A stretch of 64,000 bases of DNA from an uncultured Methanomicrobiales archaeon (GTDB taxonomy: Archaea > Halobacteriota > Methanomicrobia > Methanomicrobiales > Methanospirillaceae): positions 3,187 through 67,186 of the forward strand of contig CAIKOD010000038.1 in the NCBI GenBank assembly GCA_903828975.1, read 5' to 3'. Position 1 is the stretch's first letter. The number at the start of each line of letters is the position of its first letter. Positions 1 to 9,538 of the stretch are shown here, piece by piece. Position numbers and translations under genes: made by a program. The notes below the pieces were generated by a model that made no database searches, was not told the origin of the DNA, and worked only from the letters and a program-made list of their open reading frames with translations.

Positions 1-302
1 AACTGGCGGAAAATCTCGTATTTGTGGAGCTAACTCGATCAGGAATGAACCCGTATTATTGGAAGAAAAAGAAGGAAGTTGATTTTGTCATCAAATCCCC
101 TGATAACAGAATAACCGCGATGAATATCTGCTATACCGATGGTATCCCAGACCGGGAAAAGGAAAGTCTTTTAGAATTTAAAGAAGAATTCGGGGATTCC
201 GTAGAAAAACTCATTATTCTCACAAAAGATAGTGAAAAAGAGGAGGAAGGGATCATGTATATCCCACTATGGAAATGGCTTCTTTACAAGAGCAGGGCAT
301 AA
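1..302 (+). CDS. C-terminal part of a DUF4143-type AAA+ ATPase (5' end lies outside the window)
   Basis: The reading frame is open from the window edge to the stop at 300-302. The KKEVDFVIK motif and overall tail resemble the nuclease-fold C-terminal domain of archaeal DUF4143 ATPases. Confidence 0.45.
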   Translation, partial: LAENLVFVELTRSGMNPYYWKKKKEVDFVIKSPDNRITAMNICYTDGIPDREKESLLEFKEEFGDSVEKLIILTKDSEKEEEGIMYIPLWKWLLYKSRA

Positions 303-549
303 AAAAAGACTCCAGAGAGACGGAACAATATATTTTGAGTAAGGAATTATGCAGACAATGTAGCGGTTGGTGTGGCGATCCAATCCTGAAAACCTGAATT
401 CTCTTTTTTTCAATGACAATCTTTCGCAGAATGAACTGCTTATGAAACTGACAGAATCGATATCCACCAAATTAAACTGTAACTGGAGGCACACCAATCA
501 ACATAGATCGGTGAGAAGAGATAGAATGGCGGCTCAAATCAGGCACCCC

Positions 550-814
550 CTAATCCCACTCCATTCCAGCCCCTTTATCGCAAAGATCAGCCGGTATCCC
601 TTCTCTCACCACCCTTTGCCAACCCCAAATCTAACATCATCCGGATTTTTATGCAGTAAACGTAGATTTAAAGCCCGTTAATCCAAATTCGCCTTAATTT
701 GCCTTACTCTAGAACGACGGCCATACTTCCTTGTTTCGCCAGGTTTGGGGGGTGGAATGGCGGGGGTTTGGCTTAGCCTGGCATAATCAACGATCTGGCA
801 AGGGTGGAAACGGG
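550..814 (+). repeat. Repeat family 2, copy a: ~200-nt core with inverted termini plus a shared downstream segment
   Basis: Core 561-760 is bounded by CCATTCCAGCCCC (561-573) and its inverted copy GGGGGGTGGAATGG (747-760). By eye it is about 80% identical to 2735-3008 in the same orientation. Confidence 0.7.
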
Positions 815-928
815 CGCGTTATATGGTGGGGAATACGTATTCTGGGGGCTGAATACGGAGAATTTTTTGCAAATACTAACTGCAGGATTCCTGGAGTCCA
901 GGAAATAAATTCGCATTGATAAAAAATT

Positions 929-1258
929 TCAATAATTAAACCGGCGCTCATATTCTTTATGGTCAAACCATTCAATAATTACGGCAATTGTGCCATCTTC
1001 TGAGCTCGCCACCGTGTAAACCAGCCGATAGGAAGATGAGATATTAATCTTCCAGAGATTGCTGACCCTGTATACCGTGAGATATTTCTTTGGGATCTGC
1101 TTTTTTGGAATCTGGATACCACAAAAGACATTCTCAACAAGGGCATCGATCGCTTTATTCAACAACGAATGGAGGATCTTTTCCTCAGACGAGCCGTTTT
1201 CCAAGGCGAAATACTGCAGTTTGATTTCTTCACTCGCAAAATAGATTGAAACTTTCAT
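929..1258 (-). CDS. RelE/ParE-superfamily-like toxin (type II TA)
   Basis: 109-aa ORF. The NLWKINISSSYRLVYTV...IAVIIEWFDHKEYERRF pattern resembles RelE/ParE toxins. It overlaps the upstream small ORF by 4 nt. Confidence 0.55.
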   Translation of the reverse strand: MKVSIYFASEEIKLQYFALENGSSEEKILHSLLNKAIDALVENVFCGIQIPKKQIPKKYLTVYRVSNLWKINISSSYRLVYTVASSEDGTIAVIIEWFDHKEYERRFNY

Positions 1259-1530
1259 CGTATCTTGAGATCTTCACGGCCGAGATATCGACGTAAGAGG
1301 TCTGGGTTGTGGATCCAACAGATTTTTCCATTTTTATCAACTGCAATCTTAACCGATTCCAGAAGATAATTGATTATTTTATTGAAAGTTGGATATTCCA
1401 CTTGCTTGGGGAGATTTTTCCAGACATCTGTTTTATGGAATTCCCCGCTGTGCTCCTCGATGAATACTTCTACCATTTTAATAGTCTCCAAATTGGGGGA
1501 ATGTCCTTTTTTCAGTAAAGATGGAGCCAT
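1255..1530 (-). CDS. Putative antitoxin / small DNA-binding partner of the RelE-like toxin
   Basis: 91-aa ORF immediately upstream of the toxin-like gene, with its stop overlapping the toxin start (1255-1258). This is the classic TA operon layout. No specific family was recognised. Confidence 0.45.
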   Translation of the reverse strand: MAPSLLKKGHSPNLETIKMVEVFIEEHSGEFHKTDVWKNLPKQVEYPTFNKIINYLLESVKIAVDKNGKICWIHNPDLLRRYLGREDLKIR

Positions 1531-1542
1531 TTTAGGATAGTT

Positions 1543-1568
1543 GATTATATAAATATATATAATTATTC
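1543..1568 (-). promoter_or_regulatory. Candidate archaeal TATA box for the TA operon
   Basis: On the minus strand, ATATATATTTATATAA ends about 20 nt upstream of the ATG at 1530. This is an AT-rich TATA-like motif at the expected distance for a short or absent leader. Confidence 0.35.
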
Positions 1569-1922
1569 TTTACGCAAGAAGAATGCACTCTCTGATCATG
1601 ATCCTCCAGGAAAATATCAACTCCATCACGATCATTGATTATGATAATCAGGAAGGCCAGGACCCTTCCGATGAGTTTCCCCCGTTATAAAAAAGAGATG
1701 CACGCCACGCATCATCACGCAAAGCACCCCGGCTACGGCGACAGTCTGCTTATGCATCCTGTGACCGCCGTCGCCTCCTACCCCAATGTATCAACAGGCC
1801 AACAAACGTTGAGTGAGATTATCCGAGTAGGCATCTCAATTTCAAATTAAAATCTCAAAAACTCCCAAATGGGAAAACACTGGAAGAAAGAATTGTGTGA
1901 GTAAATGACTGGTATGACGGGG

Positions 1923-2435
1923 TCAGGGCCTCCAACAGGTCAACCACGGAATCCGTTCAAAATCACGGTCATTTGAGAATATATGCTCGATATTATGAGC
2001 GTGAGCAAAGGCTGTAATGGCTGAATCTTTCGCCATCAGTTTAAGCCCCTTTGAAAAATAATAGGTAAGATCGGTAAGACCTTTCGCCTCATCAACCAGC
2101 TCGAATGGCATTTTTAAGAGGTCCTGATGTAATTCCCATGCAACATGAAGCTGGGAGATTATATCCGGATTATGTTTAATCTGGGTTACTGCTTCCTGCG
2201 GGGATGACACAAATTCTTTCTCTACCGCTTCTGCAATGATAAGACGATGGAGCAATTCGTTGAGGACAACGGCCGGGATTACCCCTTGTATTTCTCCATC
2301 TTCAACCCGACGGATCGCAGTCTCACAATCGTCGGCAAATCGGGGATGATCGGTCACCCAGTATACGAAAATGTTGGAGTCGAAAATTGCACGAGTACCG
2401 GAAGGAAAACGAGACAATCTATTCGGGGAGGTCAC
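1923..2435 (-). CDS. vapC: PIN-domain ribonuclease toxin (VapC-like)
   Basis: The acidic PIN signature residues are visible: AIFDSNIF, VVLNELLHRL and FSNDRDFERI. It is paired with an overlapping small upstream ORF. Confidence 0.7.
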   Translation of the reverse strand: MTSPNRLSRFPSGTRAIFDSNIFVYWVTDHPRFADDCETAIRRVEDGEIQGVIPAVVLNELLHRLIIAEAVEKEFVSSPQEAVTQIKHNPDIISQLHVAWELHQDLLKMPFELVDEAKGLTDLTYYFSKGLKLMAKDSAITAFAHAHNIEHIFSNDRDFERIPWLTCWRP

Positions 2436-2616
2436 TTTCGGCGATCTCCTCGATAATGGCGGGATCTGAAATTTTTATTCTGCCCCGAAATCGTCGTGAT
2501 GCTGGCACCTGATTCATATTGCCCGTAACATCAATTGAAGATTTCATTTTGCCTGTGGTCAGAGTTACCTTCTCCGGCTTTTGGCGAACTACTTCAGTCG
2601 GGGACATGATTACCAT
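2419..2616 (-). CDS. Putative VapB-type antitoxin
   Basis: 65-aa ORF overlapping the PIN gene start by 17 nt. The call rests on position and size only. Confidence 0.45.
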   Translation of the reverse strand: MVIMSPTEVVRQKPEKVTLTTGKMKSSIDVTGNMNQVPASRRFRGRIKISDPAIIEEIAESDLPE

Positions 2617-2734
2617 AAACCATTGTCTACAGATATGAAAAAGGTTAGTATGCCATTTGATTCGTCAAGACCTCTTCACCAACGAACCAAAATACCAAAA
2701 CTTCACCTATTTTTGGGTTGTATCAGAACATATG

Positions 2735-2944
2735 CTAATCCCGCCCCATTCCAACCCCTTTATTGCAAAAATCAGCCGGTATCCCAGTTGCCACCGCCCT
2801 TTGCCAACCCCAAATCGAACATCAACCGGGTTTTTGGGCAGTAACGTCTGTATTGCAGCCCGTTAATGCAAATACCACTTAATTTGTCTTATTCTAAAAC
2901 AACGGTCCTGCTTACTTGTTTCACCAGTTTTGTGGGGTGGAATG
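2735..2944 (+). repeat. Repeat family 2, copy b (core with inverted termini)
   Basis: CCATTCCAACCCC (2746-2758) and GGGGTGGAATG (2934-2944) bound a ~200-nt core homologous to 550-760. The homology continues into the transposase relic that follows. Confidence 0.7.
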
Positions 2945-2945
2945 A

Positions 2946-3167
2946 CGTTATTTTGGCCATCCCCAGACTAATGGAAAAATCGAACGATCTTTTGGTGAAG
3001 TTGAACGGAGAATAGGGAAGTTTGGATCAATCGATAAAATTGTTCACTGGCACAATGTGATTATACCTCACATGAGTCTCGACTTTGATGAGCCAGCTAA
3101 TGTATTCTGGTATCGTTTGCCTCCAGAGAGAGTGTTGTCCTATGCGCAGAAATGGTTATATGTGTAA
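2946..3167 (+). pseudogene. C-terminal relic of an rve (integrase-core) DDE transposase
   Basis: The frame translates to ..GHPQTNGKIERSFGEVERRIGKFGSIDKIVHWHNVIIPHMSLDFDEPANVFWYRLPPERVL..*. The HPQTNGKxER and PHxSL motifs are characteristic of the rve-domain C-terminus. There is no start codon and no N-terminal part. Confidence 0.6.
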
Positions 3168-3403
3168 AATTAATTCAGGATGCCACAAAAACCGACGTCC
3201 ATGATGTAATTTTAGTGACATCCCAGATAGATGTAGAGGGAATCAACCTGTATGTGGGGATAGCGGACAAAGGAAAATATAATACAGATGCTCGTTCTCA
3301 TCTACCTCTTTTAAACCGTTATTTTTTAAAACTCCCTGTTTAAAATAAGATTGCAACCATGATCCCTAAAAAGCATTAAGTTTTTACAACAGAATAGTAT
3401 GGT

Positions 3404-4390
3404 ATGAAAGTTGCGATCATCGGTGCATCGGGATATACCGGTGGAGAACTCATCCGTCTCCTCCTGACGCACTCATCCGCAGAAGTCACCTGTGCGACCT
3501 CGCGCAAACTTGCGGGGACTCCGGTTGTGAAAGAGCACCCCCACCTGAAAGGGCGGATTGACCTCCAGTTTGAAAACCCCTCTGCCGAAGAGATTGACGC
3601 AGATTTTGCGTTTCTGGCGGTCCCCCACACCGCGGCGATGAGGTATGCCGCCCCGCTGCTTGACCGCGGGGTCAAAGTTGTTGACCTGAGTGCTGATTAC
3701 CGGCTCCCAAAAGATGTATACGAGAAGGTCTACGAGGTCCCCCATACCGCGTACTTCGAGTGTCCCTACGGGATTCCCGAACTCCACCGTGATGCATGCG
3801 GTCCTGCCCGGTTTGTTTCCAATCCCGGCTGCTTCCCTACAGGAGCGACGCTGGCCGCAGCGCCTCTGGCAGGACGTGCCCACACGATTATCTATGATTC
3901 AAAGACCGGTGTCAGCGGAGCCGGGGATAACCCTTCGGCAACGACTCACTACCCGAATGTCGCAGACAATATCAACCCCTACAAATGGACCTCGCACCGG
4001 CATCTTGCCGAGATGCGCATGGAGGTCTCACGCCTTGGTTCCACTGCAAAGGTATACTTTACACCCCACCTGGTCCCGGTCACCCGGGGGATACTGACTA
4101 CTGCACACATTCTACTCAAAGAACCCATGGGGCAGGAAGAAGTGGAAAAATGCTACCATGACTTTTACAAGGGTGAATATTTCATCAGGTACCAGAAGCC
4201 AATGCTCGCGACTGTCAGGGGGTCCAACTTCTGTGATATCATGGTTGAGAGTGAGGGTGAACGGGTCGTTGCGGTATCGGCAATCGATAATCTTGTCAAG
4301 GGTGCGAGTGGCCAGGCAATACAGAATATGAATATTATGTGCGGGTTCGTCGAGAATGACGGGCTCCGTGGGGCAGGCGTATTCCCCTGA
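3404..4390 (+). CDS. argC: N-acetyl-gamma-glutamyl-phosphate reductase
   Basis: N-terminal [16 protein letters not shown] Rossmann motif and the active-site context SNPGCFPTG. The length (328 aa) and the argJ/argB neighbours fit. Confidence 0.9.
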   Translation: MKVAIIGASGYTGGELIRLLLTHSSAEVTCATSRKLAGTPVVKEHPHLKGRIDLQFENPSAEEIDADFAFLAVPHTAAMRYAAPLLDRGVKVVDLSADYRLPKDVYEKVYEVPHTAYFECPYGIPELHRDACGPARFVSNPGCFPTGATLAAAPLAGRAHTIIYDSKTGVSGAGDNPSATTHYPNVADNINPYKWTSHRHLAEMRMEVSRLGSTAKVYFTPHLVPVTRGILTTAHILLKEPMGQEEVEKCYHDFYKGEYFIRYQKPMLATVRGSNFCDIMVESEGERVVAVSAIDNLVKGASGQAIQNMNIMCGFVENDGLRGAGVFP

Positions 4391-4396
4391 GGTGAG

Positions 4397-4888
4397 ATGA
4401 GAATGAACGTTTCAGAAGTAATGACAAAAAACCCGATCGTCGTATCTGTCAATGATACCGTCCGGCAGGCAGCGGGATTACTGAAAAAGAACCGTATCGG
4501 TGGTCTGCCAGTAATGGATGACGATGTACTGGTCGGGATGGTAACCGACACGGACATTGTAAACCTCCTGGAGACCGGCCAGATATCAGATGACCTCTGG
4601 CTCCCGTCCCCGCTGGAGATCATAGAAGTCCCTATCCGCGAGATGATCAACTGGGAAAAGACAAAGAAGGCACTGACCCACATCGGCGATGAAAAAGTCG
4701 GGAACATCATGGGCCATCCGGCAATCACTATCCATGCAGATGCGGACATCGAGGAAGCTGCAGCAGTGATGCACAAGGAAAAAATCGCCCGCCTCCCGGT
4801 GTTGGACGGCCGGAGACTCGTCGGTATTATCACCCATACGGATATTGTCCAGGGGATCGGGAGCAGCTTCGAAGGTGCAGGCCGGTAA
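4397..4888 (+). CDS. CBS-domain pair protein
   Basis: 163 aa with two CBS-like units (VMTKNPIVVSV...GGLPVMDD and IMGHPAITIH...ARLPVLDG..VGIITHTDI). Confidence 0.8.
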   Translation: MRMNVSEVMTKNPIVVSVNDTVRQAAGLLKKNRIGGLPVMDDDVLVGMVTDTDIVNLLETGQISDDLWLPSPLEIIEVPIREMINWEKTKKALTHIGDEKVGNIMGHPAITIHADADIEEAAAVMHKEKIARLPVLDGRRLVGIITHTDIVQGIGSSFEGAGR

Positions 4889-4907
4889 GCCCCGGAGGTA
4901 CGTCTGG

Positions 4908-6059
4908 ATGAAAAGTATCTGTGGTGTCGAAGGAGTGACAGCTGCCGGGGTCAAGGAAGGAAAATACGGTCTCACCCTGATCCGGGCAGAAGGGGCTGCG
5001 GCCGGGGTTTTCACCTCAAACATAATGAAGGCCCCCCCGGTGGTCCTGATGCAGGAGCGTATAGCCAGGGGAAAACTCGGTGCAGTGATCGCAAACAGCG
5101 GTTGTGCCAATGCATATACGGGCGATCGCGGGTACCGGGACGCAGTGAAAATGGCAGAAATTGCTGCGGGAGAACTGGATCTGGATGCCAACGGGATTGG
5201 TGTGGCAAGTACGGGGGTAATCGGGCGCTACCTCGATATCCCCCTGATCACGCGGCAGGTAAAAGAGGTCGCCCCGCGTCTCGAGCGAAGTGCATCAGCC
5301 GAAATACAGGCGGCGAAGGGGATTATGACCACCGATTTATTTGAGAAGCATGCCCTGATCCAGAGGGAGACATTCTCGGTCGGTGGAATTACGAAAGGCA
5401 GCGGAATGATTGCCCCCAATATGGGCACCATGCTCGCATTTCTCTACACTGATGCCGAAGTCAGCGCCAGAGACCTCCAGGTCTCATTAAAACTGGCGGT
5501 AAAACGGACGTTCAATCGCGTGGTAGTGGACGGGGATGAGAGTACCAACGATATCGCTCTCTGTACGTCGACAGGGTTACGGGGGCATGTAAACCAGCAG
5601 GAGTTCCAGAAGGCACTTGAAGAGTGCTGCCGATCCCTTGCCATGCAGATCGCGATCGATGGTGAAGGTGCAACGAAGTTACTGGAAGTCACCGTCACGG
5701 GCGCACCGTCGGAAGAATCGGCCTCTGCGGTGGCAAAGACTGTCATAGCATCCCCGCTTGTAAAGACTGCCGTCTATGGGCAGGACCCGAACTGGGGCCG
5801 GGTGGTCGCTGCGGCCGGGCGTTCGGGTGTAAGGTTTGACCCGTACGCGGTCTCACTCTGGATCTCGGACGGGACCAGTCGTGCGGAACTTGTCCGGTCC
5901 GGCGAGATAGTTGTCGACCTGGTCCTTGCCAAATCCCTGATGGCAGGGAAAAAGGTCATATTCGAACTTGACCTCGATGCAGGTGACGGGACGGCAACAG
6001 CATGGGGATGTGACCTGACGGAAAAATATGTCGAAATTAACGGGAGGTATACTACATGA
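4908..6059 (+). CDS. argJ: Bifunctional ornithine acetyltransferase / N-acetylglutamate synthase
   Basis: ArgJ-like sequence with the self-cleavage motif PNMGTMLAF. The start is taken at the ATG at 4908 (MKSICGVEG..) rather than the upstream ORF start, which overlaps the CBS gene. Confidence 0.88.
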   Translation: MKSICGVEGVTAAGVKEGKYGLTLIRAEGAAAGVFTSNIMKAPPVVLMQERIARGKLGAVIANSGCANAYTGDRGYRDAVKMAEIAAGELDLDANGIGVASTGVIGRYLDIPLITRQVKEVAPRLERSASAEIQAAKGIMTTDLFEKHALIQRETFSVGGITKGSGMIAPNMGTMLAFLYTDAEVSARDLQVSLKLAVKRTFNRVVVDGDESTNDIALCTSTGLRGHVNQQEFQKALEECCRSLAMQIAIDGEGATKLLEVTVTGAPSEESASAVAKTVIASPLVKTAVYGQDPNWGRVVAAAGRSGVRFDPYAVSLWISDGTSRAELVRSGEIVVDLVLAKSLMAGKKVIFELDLDAGDGTATAWGCDLTEKYVEINGRYTT

Positions 6060-6970
6060 AACGTGAAGAGGTGCTCACCGAAGCACTCCCCTATATCCAG
6101 CAGTTCCATGGAAAGACGATGGTGATCAAGCTGGGCGGCCATGCGATGGTGGACCCTGATGTACTGGAGGATGCCATAAAAGATGCAGTCCTCCTGCAAT
6201 TTGTCGGCATCAGGGTTGTCCTCGTGCATGGCGGAGGCCCTGAGATCACCGATAAGATGAAAGCCATGGGGAAAGAACCCAAATTCGTTTCCGGACTCCG
6301 TATAACGGACCAGGAAACCCTTGAAATTGCCCAGATGGTGCTGGTGGGGAAGATCAATACCGGGATCGTCTCGCTGATCGCCAAGTCCGGCGCCCGGGGG
6401 ATCGGTGTCTCGGGGAACGACGGGGACCTGATTATCGCTAAAAAGATGGGCCTCCGGAAAGTCACCGTCGCCGGAAAAGAGCATGAAGTTGACCTCGGCC
6501 ATGTGGGGGATATCGAGGTGGTCGATCCCTCGTTACTCAACACCCTTCTCGATAACAAATACATCCCTGTAATCGCTCCGATTGCAATAGACCGGAACGG
6601 GCAGAACCTGAATATCAATGCAGATACCGCCGCAGGTGACATTGCAGTCGCACTGAAGGCCTACAAATTAATCAACATGACAGATGTTGACGGCGTGATG
6701 AACCGGGAGAGGACGACCGTCTATCGCAGGCTTACCCTCGATGAGGCCAGGGAAATGATGGCACAGGGAGTCATCAGCGAAGGCATGATCCCAAAGGTGA
6801 CGTCATTAATCGATGCGGTGAGCAGGGGTGTCCGGTTTGCCCATATTGTGAATGGGAATATCCGCCACAACCTCCTCCTTGAGCTCTTCACTGATGAAGG
6901 CATTGGTACCATGGTGACCGAAAAGAAAGTGCCCTACGGTGATAAGCGTATTAAGGACGGGAAGATATAA
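6056..6970 (+). CDS. argB: Acetylglutamate kinase
   Basis: The amino-acid kinase motifs VIKLGGHAM and [10 protein letters not shown] are present. The ATGA start/stop overlaps argJ. Confidence 0.9.
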   Translation: MKREEVLTEALPYIQQFHGKTMVIKLGGHAMVDPDVLEDAIKDAVLLQFVGIRVVLVHGGGPEITDKMKAMGKEPKFVSGLRITDQETLEIAQMVLVGKINTGIVSLIAKSGARGIGVSGNDGDLIIAKKMGLRKVTVAGKEHEVDLGHVGDIEVVDPSLLNTLLDNKYIPVIAPIAIDRNGQNLNINADTAAGDIAVALKAYKLINMTDVDGVMNRERTTVYRRLTLDEAREMMAQGVISEGMIPKVTSLIDAVSRGVRFAHIVNGNIRHNLLLELFTDEGIGTMVTEKKVPYGDKRIKDGKI

Positions 6971-7005
6971 CTGGTATTAGCAATTAAAAGCCCCCCGGTG
7001 TCCCA

Positions 7006-8178
7006 ATGAGGTTACAACATCCTATTTTTGCAGTATTTTTTCTGGTGCTGCTCATGTTGGCATCCGGGATTGTATCTGCTGAATCTCCGGGGCCTGTCCC
7101 TTCTGATACAATCGGGAGTACACCTAACATTTCTGACCTCCTCTCCTCGGAACCCGCCGGACATGTGGTTGTTTATTTCTTTTACAGGCAGACATGCGGT
7201 GAGTGCCAGAAGGCCCTCACGTTCATGGAAGGGTTTAGGGAACGCCACCCTGATGTGATTATCCGCTCATATGACCTAATTGACAATGCATCGAACCAGC
7301 AGCTGTTCCAGCAGTTTAACACGCGGTATAATGTTCCGTTTTCACCAGTGCCTGCCGTATTCGTAGGAGAATGGGAACTGACTGATATTGAGAACATCGA
7401 GTTGCACCTGGACGATATTGTTGTGCAGGTCGCACAGAACCCGAACTCTACGGTCCCCCTGCCAACAGAGACAATTCCGTCCCTTGAAATATCCGGCACC
7501 ACCCAGCTGACGATACCGCTTGTTATCGTAGCCGGCCTCGTGGACGGGATCAACCCCTGTGCCTTTGCCGTGCTGGTCTTCCTTCTCGTATCGATCATGT
7601 CGATCAGTTCAAAAAGGAGGGTGTTACATGTCGGGATTGTCTATATCGGGGCAATATTTATATTTTACTTCCTTTCAGGCCTCGGCCTCTTCGCGCTTGT
7701 ACAGGTATCCGGATTTTCAAGAATATTTGCACTTATTGCTGCAACCGTTGCCTTTATTGCCGGAGCCCTCATGATAAAAGATGCCCTGTATGGCGGAACA
7801 GGGAGCTGGCTGGTCATCCCCGAATCAAAAAAGGACGCTATCACCCGGTACGTGAAAGAGGCTACTCTTCCTGCCACGTTTATCCTTGGTATCCTTGTCG
7901 GGATGTTCGAACTCCCCTGTACCGGTGGCATCTACCTCGCAATTATCTCCCTGATATCGCAGAAGATGACAATAATGGAAGGGCTGCCACTTCTGGTGCT
8001 CTATAATATTCTCTTTGTGGCCCCGCTGATTATTATTCTTGCAATTGTTTATTTCGGGCTTCCGCCTGAACGTCTTGAGGCCTGGCGCACAGAAAACCGG
8101 GTAATCGTCAGGCTTGCCATGGGATGCCTTATGATAGCCATCGGCATTGTTGTTCTGTTTACGGTATTTTTCAAATAA
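7006..8178 (+). CDS. Secreted thioredoxin-like domain fused to a CcdA/DsbD-type thiol:disulfide transporter membrane domain
   Basis: Signal peptide, then CGEC in a Trx-like region. A polytopic domain follows, with GINPCAFAV and ELPCTGGIY (CcdA/DsbD transmembrane cysteines). Confidence 0.75.
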   Translation: MRLQHPIFAVFFLVLLMLASGIVSAESPGPVPSDTIGSTPNISDLLSSEPAGHVVVYFFYRQTCGECQKALTFMEGFRERHPDVIIRSYDLIDNASNQQLFQQFNTRYNVPFSPVPAVFVGEWELTDIENIELHLDDIVVQVAQNPNSTVPLPTETIPSLEISGTTQLTIPLVIVAGLVDGINPCAFAVLVFLLVSIMSISSKRRVLHVGIVYIGAIFIFYFLSGLGLFALVQVSGFSRIFALIAATVAFIAGALMIKDALYGGTGSWLVIPESKKDAITRYVKEATLPATFILGILVGMFELPCTGGIYLAIISLISQKMTIMEGLPLLVLYNILFVAPLIIILAIVYFGLPPERLEAWRTENRVIVRLAMGCLMIAIGIVVLFTVFFK

Positions 8179-8180
8179 TT

Positions 8181-8433
8181 AGCATTGTTGAAGCCCTCTC
8201 AAATCAATCTTGCAGATTAGTTATTCCAATAGTTAGTCACGCTCCCGGGGCTCATGGCCCGCCGCTGTGGCGACCCCGGTTGGGATAGGGATTGGCCATT
8301 ATTCTCTGAAATATTCAGTAATAATGAAGTTGAACCTTGCTCAAAGGATATCTTGCTGGGGTGGGACAGGGAGGGGGAAAACCCCCTCCTGTCTAGGTAT
8401 TTTATCTTCCTTTTTCAAAACACGCAGGGTTTC
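8181..8433 (-). mobile_element. MITE family 1, copy 1 (short body, reverse orientation)
   Basis: It starts 3 nt after the stop of the preceding gene. It contains the reverse-oriented conserved core (GCTCCCGGGGCTCATGGCCCGCCGCTGTGGCGACCCCGGTTGGGATAG) and the GGGAGGGGGAAAACCCCCTCC hairpin. Termini are AGCATTGTTGAAG / GGGTTTC. Confidence 0.75.
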
Positions 8434-8535
8434 CCATGAAACTGCTTGAACGAACCTAAAAGCAAGGAGATTATGAATGGGCATTTTCAATGGTTTGGGT
8501 GAGAACTCCCCGTTCATGCGTGTTTCAACAAAGCC
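8428..8535 (+). repeat. Two-hairpin module attached to the hairpin-A end of MITE copy 1
   Basis: TTTCCCATGAAA...GGGCATTTTCAATGG...GAGAACTCCCCGTTCATGCGTGTTTCAACAAAGCC. This is the same module as at 9233-9411, 27332-27446, 36698-36811, 41035-41139 and 47218-47326. Confidence 0.7.
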
Positions 8536-8985
8536 AAATTTTTTTAAAAAAAACCATGCATGAAGCCAGATGGCTTCGCACCGAAGCAATGAAAATTTGG
8601 AAAACCATTTTTTTTAAACCCACTGCGTTGTTGGATCCAAAATTTTCATGACAAAATATGCAGGGATATTTTTAAGAATAAAAGAAGCTAAATAGAACCA
8701 GCCAAAGGCGTAGCGAGGTGATTGTATACCAACGAGTAAGAAACAGCTGGTGAAGCTGAACCAGGCGAAGAAGGTTAAGGCAGAAGAGCTCTCGAAGCAG
8801 GCGGCGGCGGGTAGCCAAGAGGCCAAGAAGAAGCTCAAGAAGCTCGAGAAAAAGCTCAAGTGAGCCGCCTGGAATTTCCAACTATTTTTATGTTCCTTTT
8901 AAGGGCTAATATAAACGAATATAGCTATGCAAGTAGCAAAATGCTCGTGTCCGGAGGGTAGCGGAAGTCTCAGTTTTCAAATTTT

Positions 8986-9411
8986 GGCTCTGTAGATATC
9001 CTTAAACGGGAAAAAAATTAACAGAACTGCTCATACAGGAGGTGTTTTACCCCTTCCCTGTCCCACCCCATTAAGATACTCTTAAGCAGGGTTTCAATCG
9101 ATTTATTAAATATTCCCGATGTTCCAAGACTTCATCTCTATTCCAACTGGGGTGCCTTTAGAGGCGGAGCGGAGCCCCAGGAACGTTGGAAAATTTCGGA
9201 ATAATCCTGAATTTAGTAAAATCCGGGTAGAGGATTTCCCATGAAAACAAACATGATGCCAAAAGGCCAGCAAGCAGACAATGAATGAAAATGCCAGGGG
9301 GGGATTTTAATATTAAATGCACGAACTGACCCCAATATAAGGAGATTTTGGACGATGCCTTTTCAATCGTCCGGGTGTGAACTTCCCGTTCATGTATGTT
9401 TCAACAGAGCG
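8986..9411 (+). mobile_element. MITE family 1, copy 2 (long form, partly decayed)
   Basis: GGCTCTGTAGATATCC...hairpin A (mutated)...core...GGATTTCCCATGAAAA...GTGAACTTCCCGTTCATGTATGTTTCAACAGAGCG. No clear TSD. Confidence 0.7.
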
Positions 9412-9489
9412 TGCTATGATCCGCGGGCTCATAGATGAGGATGAAAAAGCTGGGCTTTCAAGATTGCTACCTGAAGTTTTTCATACCAG

Positions 9490-9538
9490 CCGGATTAACC
9501 TAATTCACAAGACAGATTGAGAGGGTTTCAACAAAGCC
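9490..9538 (+). repeat. Solo right-end fragment of MITE family 1
   Basis: CAAGACAGATTGAGAGGGTTTCAACAAAGCC matches the right terminus of the family. No body is attached. Confidence 0.5.

Noticed and set aside
367-2866. ORFs 367-681, 731-919, 2581-2844 and 2657-2866
   Set aside because: They run through the family-2 repeat copies and read the same repeat in different frames. They show no protein-like features.
2971-3060. Apparent in-frame TAG (possible pyrrolysine or read-through) joining MEKSNDLLVKLNGE to the transposase-like peptide
   Set aside because: On re-indexing the codons, the ATG at 2971 is in a different frame from the HPQTNGK peptide and terminates at 3058-3060. The in-frame TAG idea was my own mis-reading.
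4165-6502. Long antisense ORFs opposite the arg genes (4165-4833, 4586-5191, 5774-6502, 6091-6642)
   Set aside because: They are typical shadow ORFs of GC-rich coding sequence. The sense-strand products have unmistakable ArgC/J/B motifs, and the antisense peptides are Ser/Pro/Arg-rich junk.
8254-8449. ORFs lying entirely inside family-1 MITE copies (8254-8439, 8267-8449, 44268-44480, 46864-47181, 48356-48592, 51002-51340)
   Set aside because: Their peptides (for example ..RQEGVSPPPCP.., ..GAAKAAG..) are translations of the repeated hairpin and core DNA in different frames and orientations. They have no consistent frame between copies.
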